A stretch of 37,946 bases of DNA from an uncultured Cardiobacteriales bacterium. Lineage in GTDB: Bacteria > Pseudomonadota > Gammaproteobacteria > Cardiobacteriales > Wohlfahrtiimonadaceae. A program made the position numbers and the translations under genes. The DNA lies in the NCBI GenBank assembly GCA_964492525.1, contig CAZBKP010000001.1, forward strand, positions 1-37,946, given 5' to 3'. A model generated the notes under the pieces. It saw nothing but the letters and a program-made list of their open reading frames with translations. It had not been told where the DNA came from and did not search any database. This document shows positions 12,416 to 21,863 of this stretch, piece after piece. The number at the start of each line of letters is the position of its first letter. Within the stretch, counting starts at the first letter, position 1.

Positions 12416-13157
12416 GTTCTTATTTGATTGTGGTAATACTTGCATAAAGTTTGCCCTATATGATAAAAATTCTGTATTAACTGCGCATCGTTTTGTTGAG
12501 TACGCTGAGCTTGAGACATTTATTCAAAAACTATTTGATCACTATCCATTACCTGATGAAATTCGAATTGCTTCAGTAACACGAAAAGAACGATTAGATA
12601 AGTTGCATCAATTAATTGCAAAATATTTAAATAAAACACCGATTGTGGCAAAGTCTCAACGGAAATCGCATGGATTATTAAATCAATATGATGTGCCTGA
12701 TAAACTTGGTGTGGATCGATGGTTGGCAATGCTTGCGGCAAAAGCACAGTATCCCCAAAACCCATTATTAGTGGTTGATTTAGGAACAGCACTCACGATT
12801 GACCATATAACCCAAGAAGGATTTTTTCAGGGTGGCGTTATTCTTCCTGGAATGAAATCGATGAAAGATGCTTTATTAAAAGATACAACCCTTCACGTTC
12901 CAGATGATTTGCCTTATCAAAATGAACTAGGAAAGAATACTTCAAATTGTATTTCCGCAGGAATATATTATGCCTTAGTGGGTGCAATATCTTCGATTTA
13001 TCATGCTTTAGGAGATAATGCTTTAGTTGTATTATCAGGAGGAAGGGCTGAATGGTTAGCAGAAATATTAGAGAAAGAATTTCCAAGTTTATCAATAAAA
13101 GTTCATAAACATCTAGTTTTAGAAGGGCTTTTAATATTTGATCCGGTTGATCAATGA
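12408..13157 (+). CDS. coaX: Type III pantothenate kinase
   Basis: FDCGNTCIK, LGVDRW, VDLGTALT, GGVILPG and LVLEGL motifs. The ATG at 12408 overlaps the end of birA; birA-coaX linkage is classic. Confidence 0.92.
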   Translation: MLKFLFDCGNTCIKFALYDKNSVLTAHRFVEYAELETFIQKLFDHYPLPDEIRIASVTRKERLDKLHQLIAKYLNKTPIVAKSQRKSHGLLNQYDVPDKLGVDRWLAMLAAKAQYPQNPLLVVDLGTALTIDHITQEGFFQGGVILPGMKSMKDALLKDTTLHVPDDLPYQNELGKNTSNCISAGIYYALVGAISSIYHALGDNALVVLSGGRAEWLAEILEKEFPSLSIKVHKHLVLEGLLIFDPVDQ

Positions 13158-13166
13158 GGTGTAAAA

Positions 13167-13376
13167 ATGGCAAAAATTAGATTTCCATTGAAACCAAAGC
13201 ATCCTGAACGTATTTGTTGGGGCTGTGATAAATTATGTTCAGTGAATAAAATGATGTGTGGAAATGGAAGTGACCGAACTCAACATCCAATGGAAGTCAT
13301 TGGGGATGATTGGTACGATACACTTTCAGAAGAAGATAAAGCTAAAATAGAAATTGTAGGAGCGCAAGATCATTAA
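13167..13376 (+). CDS. Small Cys-rich protein, DUF3079-like
   Basis: [19 protein letters not shown]......[16 protein letters not shown] pattern recalled for DUF3079. GAGGT SD upstream. Confidence 0.75.
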   Translation: MAKIRFPLKPKHPERICWGCDKLCSVNKMMCGNGSDRTQHPMEVIGDDWYDTLSEEDKAKIEIVGAQDH

Positions 13377-13402
13377 ATTGGTTTAATAGACAGAAGGATT
13401 TC

Positions 13403-14785
13403 ATGAAACAAAACAACGGAAAGTTACAGAGAGGATTACACGCACGACATATAGAGTTGATCGCCTTAGGTGGTACGATTGGAGTAGGGCTCTTTATGGG
13501 ATCGGCAAGCACAATTAAATGGGCAGGACCTTCAGTCTTATTGGCATATATCATTGCGGGAGTATTTGTTTATTTTATTATGCGCTCTTTAGGTGAGATG
13601 CTTTATACAGAACCTGTTACAGGCTCTTTTGTTGTCTATGCACACAAATATATTAGCCCTTTTGTGGGTTATTTATGTGCATGGAGTTATTGGTTTATGT
13701 GGATTGCTGTAGGGATTTCAGAAATTACAGCAATTGGTGCATATGCAAGTTACTGGTTTCCAGATTTGCCTGCATGGATCCCTGCACTTATTGCGGTGAT
13801 CTCTGTTGCAACTGCTAATCTTCTCGCTGTTAAAATGTATGGTGAATTAGAGTTTTGGTTTGCAATGATTAAAGTTACCACAATTATCGTAATGATTTTA
13901 ATTGGATTAGGGCTTATATTTTTAGGGTTTGGAAATGCGGGTAAACCAATTGGCTTGACAAACTTAACTGCTCACGGAGGTTTCTTTCCGAATGGGATAA
14001 AAGGATTTTTAACCGCCTTATGCTTGGTCGTTGCATCCTATCAAGGTGTTGAACTTGTTGGAATTACGGCGGGTGAAGCTACAAACCCTCAAGTCACACT
14101 TCGCCGCGCGGTTAAGAATGTCCTTTGGCGCATATTAATTTTCTATGTGTGCTCTATTTTTGTTATTTTATGTCTTTGGCCGTGGGATGAACTCAATGGG
14201 ATTGGAAGCCCATTTGTAATGGTATTTTCTAAGGTTGGGATAGCGGCGGCGGCAGGTATTATTAACTTTGTTGTACTCACAGCTGCGCTTTCGGGGTGTA
14301 ATAGTGGGATGTATAGTTGTGGGCGTATGCTTTACACAATGGGAATGAATAAACAATTACCAAAATGGTTCTCAAGAGTATCGAATAATGGAGTACCTGT
14401 AAATGCAATTAATGTCACAATGTTTTGCTTACTTGTTGGATCAGGTCTGAATTATATTTTGCCAAATCCTGAAAAAGTATTTGTCTATGTATATAGTGCG
14501 AGTGTTCTTCCAGCAATGGCACCTTGGTTCGTAGCCTTGATTGCCCAAGGAGAATTTAGGCGTGTAAATGCAGATAAAATGATTAATCATCCCTTTAAAT
14601 CAATTCTGTTTCCATATGCAAATTATCTCTCCTTGGCATTTTTATTATGTGTCATTGTCGGAATGGCAATTAATGAAGATACACGCGTATCGTTAATTGT
14701 TGGCGTAGGATTCTTAACCTTTGTCGGGATCATGTATTATCTTTTTGGACTAGGGAAGAATCGAGAGGAACTTAGCAAGGGGTAA
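13403..14785 (+). CDS. yifK: APC-family amino acid permease (YifK/ThrP-like)
   Basis: [40 protein letters not shown] and [12 protein letters not shown] resemble enterobacterial YifK. Confidence 0.88.
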   Translation: MKQNNGKLQRGLHARHIELIALGGTIGVGLFMGSASTIKWAGPSVLLAYIIAGVFVYFIMRSLGEMLYTEPVTGSFVVYAHKYISPFVGYLCAWSYWFMWIAVGISEITAIGAYASYWFPDLPAWIPALIAVISVATANLLAVKMYGELEFWFAMIKVTTIIVMILIGLGLIFLGFGNAGKPIGLTNLTAHGGFFPNGIKGFLTALCLVVASYQGVELVGITAGEATNPQVTLRRAVKNVLWRILIFYVCSIFVILCLWPWDELNGIGSPFVMVFSKVGIAAAAGIINFVVLTAALSGCNSGMYSCGRMLYTMGMNKQLPKWFSRVSNNGVPVNAINVTMFCLLVGSGLNYILPNPEKVFVYVYSASVLPAMAPWFVALIAQGEFRRVNADKMINHPFKSILFPYANYLSLAFLLCVIVGMAINEDTRVSLIVGVGFLTFVGIMYYLFGLGKNREELSKG

Positions 14786-14882
14786 TCATTTACTCAAAAG
14801 ACGGTAAAAGATAGAGGTGGCAAGTGTTAAAAGTAGGGTTATCCTCTTTTATTAAGTAAGATTGATGTCTGCTGAGTGAAAC

Positions 14883-14914
14883 AAAAAAGCCATATCTGTT
14901 GATATGGCCTTTTT
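14883..14914. terminator. Bidirectional terminator between convergent yifK and leuS
   Basis: AAAAAA-GCCATATC-tgtt-GATATGGC-cTTTTT. Confidence 0.85.
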
Positions 14915-14929
14915 ATTTTGAGTGCTACT

Positions 14930-17512
14930 TTATTTTACAACGATATTCACGAGCTTATTAGGCACAACGATAATTTTTACAATTGTGTTTCCATCGGTGT
15001 ATTTTTTAACGCTTTCATCTGCGCATGCAGCGGCTTCAATCTCTTCTTTCGTTGCAGAGGTTGAAATTACAAATTCACCGCGTAACTTACCATTAACTTG
15101 TACAACGTAATTGACTTCATCACGTACTAAAACGGATTCATCGACTTCTGGAAGTGTCACCTCGGAAATATCATGTTGATAAATCTCTTTCCAAAGTACA
15201 TAAGTGATATGTGGAATGATAGGATTTAATAAACGTAACATAATAGAAAATCCTTCATTACGTGCATAAATACTCTCTTCCGAACTATCTAAATCACCCA
15301 GTGCGTTTAGAATCTTCATACATGCAGAAATTACGGTATTGTATTGATTGCGATCATAGTCGAAGAGTGCTTTTTTGAGCTCTTCATGAACGATATAACG
15401 AACATTTTTTACCAATTTGCTTGTAGGAACTTGAGCAATCGTTTTGTTTAAGGTTGCTTTATGTTCGTAAGCAAAGTTCCAAATGCGCTTTAAGAAGCGC
15501 TGTGCACCTTCAACTCCTGCGGCATTCCACTCTAGAGATTGCTCAGGAGGGGCACTAAACATCATGAAAAGACGTGCAGTATCTGCACCATATTCTTTGA
15601 TAATTGCCTCAGGGTCTACGCCATTATTTTTGGATTTACTCATTTTCTGAATTCCACCAAAAACGACAGGCTGTTGATCACGATTTAAAATATAGGTCGT
15701 CTCGCCATCTTTAACGACAGGCGTTACTTCATTAAGATTAAACCATTCGTAACCCGAGGATGAATGGCGGTAGAAAGAAGGAGAAACCACCATTCCTTGA
15801 GTTAAAAGTGCTTTAAAAGGCTCTTTAGGTGCTTTTGCAATATCGCCTAATAATCCTTCATCACGCATCAGCTTATGGAAGAAACGGGAATAGAGTAGAT
15901 GCAATATTGCATGCTCAATACCGCCAATATATTGGTCGACAGGCAACCAAGCTTCTGCACGTTTATCAAGCATTGCTGTATCGCAATCGAAAGATGCAAA
16001 TCGTGCATAGTACCAAGAGGAGTCCATAAAGGTATCCATGGTATCTGTTTCACGTTTTGCAGGCTTTCCACATTTTGGACACGTGGTATTGATAAATGAA
16101 TCTAATTTATTGAGGGGATTTCCTGAACCATCTGGAATGCAGTCATTCGGTAATACCACAGGAAGATCTTTCTCAGGAACAGGAACATCGCCACAGCATT
16201 CACAATGAATAATGGGAATAGGGCAGCCCCAATAGCGTTGACGAGAAATTCCCCAATCGCGCAAGCGATACTGAATTTTAATTTCCCCTAAATTCTGAGC
16301 AGAAAGGACTTTAGCAATTGCTTGTTTGGCTTCTTCAAAATTAAGTCCGTCAAATTCACCTGAATGAATTAACGTTCCATGCTCACCATACTCAGGACAC
16401 CAATTTGAGTAGGATTCATCTTGAGCAGTTGTTTTAATCACAGGCTTGATGGGAAGATTATATTTTTTTGCAAACTCAAAGTCGCGTTCATCATGTGCAG
16501 GAACTGCCATTACAGCACCCTCACCATAGTTGATTAAGACATAATTCGCGACCCAAACAGGAAGTTTTTCTTGAGTGATTGGATGTGTGACAAAGGCACC
16601 CGTTGCCATACCTTTCTTTTCTTGTGTGGCAAGATCAGCTTCGTTCGTTCCCCCTTTTTTGCACTCTTCAATAAAAGCTTGAAGATTAGGGTTATTTTGT
16701 GCAGCTTTTTGTGCAATTGCATGCTCAGGCGCGACAGCGACATAGGTTGCCCCCATCAATGTATCTGGACGTGTCGTAAAGACCTTCATTACGCCATCTT
16801 CATAAGGAAAACCAACTTCCATTCCGTCGGATTTTCCAATCCAATTCTGCTGCATGATTTTGACTTGAGTCGGCCATTCCGTCAATGTATCGAGATCGGC
16901 TAATAATTCTTCGGCATAATCTGTAATTCTAAAATAATACATGGGGATTTCACGTCTTTCGACGTCTGCCCCTGAACGCCAACCTTTGCCATCGATCACT
17001 TGCTCATTGGCAAGAACGGTTTGATCAATCGGATCCCAGTTCACAATTCCATTTTTACGATAGATAATGCCTTTTTCGTAGAGTTTAGTGAAGAACCACT
17101 GTTCCCAACGGTAATAATCAGGTTCACATGTTGTGATTTCACGAGACCAATCAAAGCCAAAGCCCAAAAGATTGAGCTGTTTTTTCATGTAATCAATATT
17201 TTGGCGAGTCCATTGGTAGGGAGAAACTTTGTTATCAATCGCTGCATTTTCAGCAGGCATTCCAAACGCATCCCAGCCCATCGGTTGAAGCACGTTATAA
17301 CCTTTCATCGTAAGATAGCGTGTCATGACATCGCCAATGGTATAGTTGCGGACATGTCCCATATGAAGTCGTCCTGATGGATATGGGAACATTGAGAGAC
17401 AGTAAAAATTCTTTTTACCTTCGACGTGATCCGCTACTTTAAAGGTCTGATTGGCTTCCCAATGGGCTTGAGCACTCTTCTCGACCTCAACATGATGATA
17501 TACCTGCTTCAT
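14930..17512 (-). CDS. leuS: Leucine--tRNA ligase
   Basis: [11 protein letters not shown] (HIGH), KMSKS, CP1 editing domain FTTRPDT and C-terminal VQVNGKLR. Confidence 0.99.
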   Translation of the reverse strand: MKQVYHHVEVEKSAQAHWEANQTFKVADHVEGKKNFYCLSMFPYPSGRLHMGHVRNYTIGDVMTRYLTMKGYNVLQPMGWDAFGMPAENAAIDNKVSPYQWTRQNIDYMKKQLNLLGFGFDWSREITTCEPDYYRWEQWFFTKLYEKGIIYRKNGIVNWDPIDQTVLANEQVIDGKGWRSGADVERREIPMYYFRITDYAEELLADLDTLTEWPTQVKIMQQNWIGKSDGMEVGFPYEDGVMKVFTTRPDTLMGATYVAVAPEHAIAQKAAQNNPNLQAFIEECKKGGTNEADLATQEKKGMATGAFVTHPITQEKLPVWVANYVLINYGEGAVMAVPAHDERDFEFAKKYNLPIKPVIKTTAQDESYSNWCPEYGEHGTLIHSGEFDGLNFEEAKQAIAKVLSAQNLGEIKIQYRLRDWGISRQRYWGCPIPIIHCECCGDVPVPEKDLPVVLPNDCIPDGSGNPLNKLDSFINTTCPKCGKPAKRETDTMDTFMDSSWYYARFASFDCDTAMLDKRAEAWLPVDQYIGGIEHAILHLLYSRFFHKLMRDEGLLGDIAKAPKEPFKALLTQGMVVSPSFYRHSSSGYEWFNLNEVTPVVKDGETTYILNRDQQPVVFGGIQKMSKSKNNGVDPEAIIKEYGADTARLFMMFSAPPEQSLEWNAAGVEGAQRFLKRIWNFAYEHKATLNKTIAQVPTSKLVKNVRYIVHEELKKALFDYDRNQYNTVISACMKILNALGDLDSSEESIYARNEGFSIMLRLLNPIIPHITYVLWKEIYQHDISEVTLPEVDESVLVRDEVNYVVQVNGKLRGEFVISTSATKEEIEAAACADESVKKYTDGNTIVKIIVVPNKLVNIVVK

Positions 17513-17604
17513 ATATACTCCAACAACGTAAAAACCTAATGTTTATGATGATAAAAATTAGGTATTTTACGCTATTTTGAGAGCTAAGTCTTAAATTTAC
17601 GGTG

Positions 17605-19290
17605 CTATTTAGGCTGAATGACTTCTATCTGAGTATAAGGAATTTTGAAGCCCTGTTTTTGTGCAATTTTGAGACACGTTTTTTGAATAAAACGCGGCAT
17701 CGCTCCCGTATAATCTGTCGCATTCGACCCCATGCTGACACTGATTAAAAAGACGAGATTAGCATCAGAATCTATGTTTTTGAAATCAACACTTAAGCTT
17801 TTTACACACTTCATCATCTCAGCATCAGAATGTTCAATGGCTTCTTTAAGCGAGGTTTCAATGGCCTTTGATAATTCATCCGGATCATCCTTTGCATGGT
17901 CAAAGCTGATTACAAAGTCGATACTAAAATTATACCCTGACGTGATATTTCGAACTTTGTCTACCAAGAAATTTTTAGAAGGATAGATCACCTCAGAACC
18001 TTTCGTAATAAGATAGACATATTCTGGGGTTTGACGTCTAACAGTCGCTTGATCACCATTCGGTAGAATAACGACGTCCTTAACCGCAGTCGGGAACCAC
18101 ACCTCATCCATTTTAATAGGGCGAGAGATCAGATTGCTTAAGATTTCTATATTAAGACGGATCATTCCATTGTCTAAAAGTGGATTAGTGAGATACACGT
18201 TATAAAGATTGATATGAGATATTTTCCAAGGAAGATCATTGTACATAATGCGCTCGCCTTCACGCGCAGTCCCCATGTTTAGGAAAATACGAATTTTGTT
18301 GTAGTACTTTGGAATAGAGGCACGAGAAGAAATTAAAAATGCCAGAATGAGTAAGATCGCTAATCCAAATAGAACCATATCTCCTGATGAATATAAGAAG
18401 AATAGGGCGGCCATCACAACAATAAGTGTGGTGACAATTTGATAGAGCAAGATTGCGATACGCCATTTTATTGAAGTAATTTTTTCATTTCTTCTTTCAA
18501 TAACGGCAAGAATTCTAGAAAATAAGAAGATTAACCCAGAAACACCCGCAATAGTGATTAAAAGAACTAATCCTCGTCCTTTAAAAAAGTCCCAAACACC
18601 TGTTGTTAAACGAGTTGTGAAACTACGTTTATCTGAAAGATCATTTAATTTAAGCGTAGCAATATTTTGTTCATGTTGTAATTCACTGTATCGCTCTTGC
18701 CACTCTTGTTGGATCACTGCAAGTTGTGCTTTAGTTTCTGGAAGTAATTTTTTTACGTCAATATTCTTAATTGACTCAAGCCCTTTATTTAATAGTGCCA
18801 TTCGTGATTCAACTTCTTTTAATTCCAAACGTAGTGCATCACGGCGTCTTGGCGTATCTGTAACACGCTTCATTTCACTAAAGACAGGTTGTGCAATCAG
18901 AATGAGTTCTTTTTGCCAATCGTAATTCTCAATTTCGTTTAAGACAGACTTTGCAGGTTCTGCAAAGCGTTGAGTATTAATTCCTCCAAGCGCGATTTTC
19001 TCAAAAAGGTCATGATATTCACTTTGTTGTGTTTTGAGTCGTTCAACATTTTTTTGAAATTCCTCTATCTCAGCAGGATCTTTTGTATTTTTAATTTTTT
19101 GATTAAGCTCTGCAATCTTTTTTGTAATATCTGTTGCATCTGTATAGATTTTATTGAGTTCTTCACTTGTAGATAAGCTTGTATCAACAGCTGGAGGAGC
19201 AGGTAAGTCTTCAGGAAAAGCAATATTTTTAGAAAATACAATAAGTAGAATAAAAAGTAGTCCTCTAAAAATAGTATTTCTATATATCAC
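17605..19290 (-). CDS. Membrane protein, probably MscS-like: signal peptide, long coiled coil, about 3 TM helices, cytoplasmic beta/alpha-beta domain
   Basis: Hydrophobic N-terminus, heptad-rich central region, three hydrophobic segments, then a REGERIMY..PWKI..IN beta-strand region. GTG start with GGAGG SD. The family call is by architecture only. Confidence 0.55.
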   Translation of the reverse strand: MIYRNTIFRGLLFILLIVFSKNIAFPEDLPAPPAVDTSLSTSEELNKIYTDATDITKKIAELNQKIKNTKDPAEIEEFQKNVERLKTQQSEYHDLFEKIALGGINTQRFAEPAKSVLNEIENYDWQKELILIAQPVFSEMKRVTDTPRRRDALRLELKEVESRMALLNKGLESIKNIDVKKLLPETKAQLAVIQQEWQERYSELQHEQNIATLKLNDLSDKRSFTTRLTTGVWDFFKGRGLVLLITIAGVSGLIFLFSRILAVIERRNEKITSIKWRIAILLYQIVTTLIVVMAALFFLYSSGDMVLFGLAILLILAFLISSRASIPKYYNKIRIFLNMGTAREGERIMYNDLPWKISHINLYNVYLTNPLLDNGMIRLNIEILSNLISRPIKMDEVWFPTAVKDVVILPNGDQATVRRQTPEYVYLITKGSEVIYPSKNFLVDKVRNITSGYNFSIDFVISFDHAKDDPDELSKAIETSLKEAIEHSDAEMMKCVKSLSVDFKNIDSDANLVFLISVSMGSNATDYTGAMPRFIQKTCLKIAQKQGFKIPYTQIEVIQPK

Positions 19291-19388
19291 GTAAATCCTC
19301 CTTAAGTTTGATAGAAAATATAAAAATTATTATTTATCATATTATTATAGGATAAAATTTGTATTTTTGTTGAGCTTTAGGCACTGCG

Positions 19389-20291
19389 CTATTGTTTTTT
19401 TCGCCCTAATGCCAAGATAATTACAGTTGTAATAATGCAAAGTGTACCGAGCCAATCCATCATATTAAGATGAACGTTGAGAAGAAATACAGAAAAAATA
19501 GCAGCTGAAAGAGGTTCAGATGAAGTTAGAATGCTAGCCTTTTGTCCTCCGATAGCTTGAGCGCCAACCAAGTAAAGAGAAAAGGTAACCACACTTCCAG
19601 GGATTACCATGTAAAACATTGCCCAAAATGCCTTGGCATCCCAAATTCCAGGAAGTGAGAAAGGATTATTAACAAGCGTTAGGGATAATCCGCCGATAAA
19701 CATCGACCACCCGATAATCGTCCATGTTCCCCATCTTAGCATCAAAACGGGAGGGTACATCACGTAAAATGCAGAGGCAAATGCAGAAGAAATGCCCCAA
19801 ATTAATGCAGTTCTACTAATTGATAATGAATTGATATTGCCATGTGTTACGAGTAAAAACGTACCTAGACAGGCAAGTAAAATAGCAATAATTGTAATCG
19901 GCGGAGGAGGCGTCCGTAGCCGAATAATGAGATAAATCGAAATAACAACAGGGCTTAAAAATTGAAGAATAGTACCTGTTGCCGCATTTGAATGGGAAAC
20001 GGTGATAAGGAACGTGAGTTGGACTGCCATACTTCCTAATATTGAATAGACAACGAGTCTAATCGCATCAGAAGGAGACTTCCAAACGGCAAAAATACTT
20101 TTGTCTTGTTGTTTAAAAAATGCGACAGACAAAAGTATAATACCGGGAATAATTAGGCGTTGTTGTGCGATCCAAACAGGAGGAATCTCTCTTTGTTGGA
20201 AAAGGAATTGTCCGAAAACACCAGACAATCCCCATAATACCCCAGCAAATAGGACAAGGATTATTCCTCGTTGATTTTTAGACCCATCCAC
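19389..20291 (-). CDS. EamA/DMT-family transporter (YicL-like)
   Basis: About 10 TM segments. SNAATGTILQFLSP, GTFLLVTHGN and GAQAIGGQKASIL..SEPLS resemble E. coli YicL. The GTG start overlaps the gdh 3' end by 14 nt. Confidence 0.85.
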   Translation of the reverse strand: MDGSKNQRGIILVLFAGVLWGLSGVFGQFLFQQREIPPVWIAQQRLIIPGIILLSVAFFKQQDKSIFAVWKSPSDAIRLVVYSILGSMAVQLTFLITVSHSNAATGTILQFLSPVVISIYLIIRLRTPPPPITIIAILLACLGTFLLVTHGNINSLSISRTALIWGISSAFASAFYVMYPPVLMLRWGTWTIIGWSMFIGGLSLTLVNNPFSLPGIWDAKAFWAMFYMVIPGSVVTFSLYLVGAQAIGGQKASILTSSEPLSAAIFSVFLLNVHLNMMDWLGTLCIITTVIILALGRKKQ

Positions 20292-21564
20292 GAGATTTTA
20301 CAGCTTCCGTAACACGATTAATCGCAATGACATAAGCAGCGTCTCTCATATCCAAATTCTCTTTTTGTGATACAGCATACACACGCTCAAATGCATCTAG
20401 CATCTGTCTTTCGAGGCGCGAAAGCACTTCTTCTTTTTCCCAATAGAAATTCATATTACCTTGTACTTGCTCGAAATAGCTACATGTTACACCACCTGCA
20501 TTACATAAGAAATCAGGAATTGCAACAATGCCTTTATCTACAAGAATTTGATCAGCCTCTAGAACTGTAGGACCATTGGCACCTTCACAAATAATCGAAA
20601 CCTTAGATGAGAATTTTTTAATTGCTTCAGGAGTGATTTGGTTTTCAAGGGCCGCAGGAATTAGGATGTCAACATCTTGAATCAGCCAAGCATCTCCGGC
20701 TAATACCTCATATCCTAACGCTTTAGCTTTCTCTTTATTAATACCGCCAAATTGGTCTTTAATTGAAACGAGTTCAGCAATATTGATTTCATTTGCTTTT
20801 TTGAAAGTATAACTACAACTATCTTTGTGATCCCAAGAGGACACAGCAATCACGGTTCCACCATTCTCTGTATAAAGCTCAGCTGCATACTGTGCGACGT
20901 TTCCAAAGCCCTGAATGCTTGCAGATGTTTCTGAAATTGCTTTTCCTTGTTTTTCCAAAAGCCCTTTAAGAAGGTAAATTACGCCATAACCTGTTGCTTC
21001 CGTTCTTCCTAATGATCCTCCCATATGAACAGGTTTTCCTGTAATCATGCCGGGTGCGTGTTGCCCTGTAATTTTCTCATATTCATCAAGCATCCATACC
21101 ATATGCTGTCCATTTGTCATCACATCGGGTGCGGGGACATCAATGGTTGGACCAAATTGATTGTGAATTTGGCGGATATAGCCACGGCAGATACGCTCTT
21201 GTTCTCTCAGTGAAAGCTCTTGAGGATTACAGATAACACCGCCTTTTCCTCCTCCCAAGGGGAGTCCTAAAACAGAACATTTCCATGTCATCCACATAGA
21301 GAGCGCACGAACGGTATCCGCAGTTTCGTGAGGATGAAAACGGATTCCTCCTTTTGCAGGCCCCAAAGCTTCATTATGTTTCATGCGATAGCCTTGGAAT
21401 ATTCGAGTGGTGCCATTATCCATTTTAACAGGAATCGTAAAATGAAGTTCTTTCATCGGGCGACGAAGGAGATCACGTACACTTTCATCAAGTTTTAGAA
21501 AATTAGCAACATGATCAAATTGATTTTGTGCGTGCACAAAAGGGTTATAGGCAGTATCAGACAT
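20278..21564 (-). CDS. gdh: Glu/Leu/Phe/Val dehydrogenase, probably glutamate dehydrogenase
   Basis: KGGIRFHP, MTWK, GGGKGG, DVPAPD, ITGKP, GFGNVA, EGANGP and NAGGV motifs. Confidence 0.9.
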   Translation of the reverse strand: MSDTAYNPFVHAQNQFDHVANFLKLDESVRDLLRRPMKELHFTIPVKMDNGTTRIFQGYRMKHNEALGPAKGGIRFHPHETADTVRALSMWMTWKCSVLGLPLGGGKGGVICNPQELSLREQERICRGYIRQIHNQFGPTIDVPAPDVMTNGQHMVWMLDEYEKITGQHAPGMITGKPVHMGGSLGRTEATGYGVIYLLKGLLEKQGKAISETSASIQGFGNVAQYAAELYTENGGTVIAVSSWDHKDSCSYTFKKANEINIAELVSIKDQFGGINKEKAKALGYEVLAGDAWLIQDVDILIPAALENQITPEAIKKFSSKVSIICEGANGPTVLEADQILVDKGIVAIPDFLCNAGGVTCSYFEQVQGNMNFYWEKEEVLSRLERQMLDAFERVYAVSQKENLDMRDAAYVIAINRVTEAVKSRGWV

Positions 21565-21863
21565 AAATATTCCTTCAAAGAATGGTTTGGTTGATAACCG
21601 AGTAAAAGATAGAGAATAAATTTTCTACTTAACTTTATGACAAGGTGGTTTTTCAAAATATCAAAAAGATATGAAATTGTTAAGGGGGTATTAGAAAATT
21701 TTTTTTAATTGTCCTGTGTGTAATAGTTTGTTTTATATTTTATCCTACAAAAAATATTAATATTAAATTTTAATAAAAATAAGATCATTATATAAATTTA
21801 TTTATTTATTTATTTTTAATTGCTTATTAGTTTAATATTATTATCTATATATAATAATGGATA

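Noticed and set aside
14804..21614. Identical 13-mer GTAAAAGATAGAG in two intergenic regions (14804-14816 and 21602-21614)
   Set aside because: It is short and A-rich, and the flanks do not extend the match; compatible with chance.
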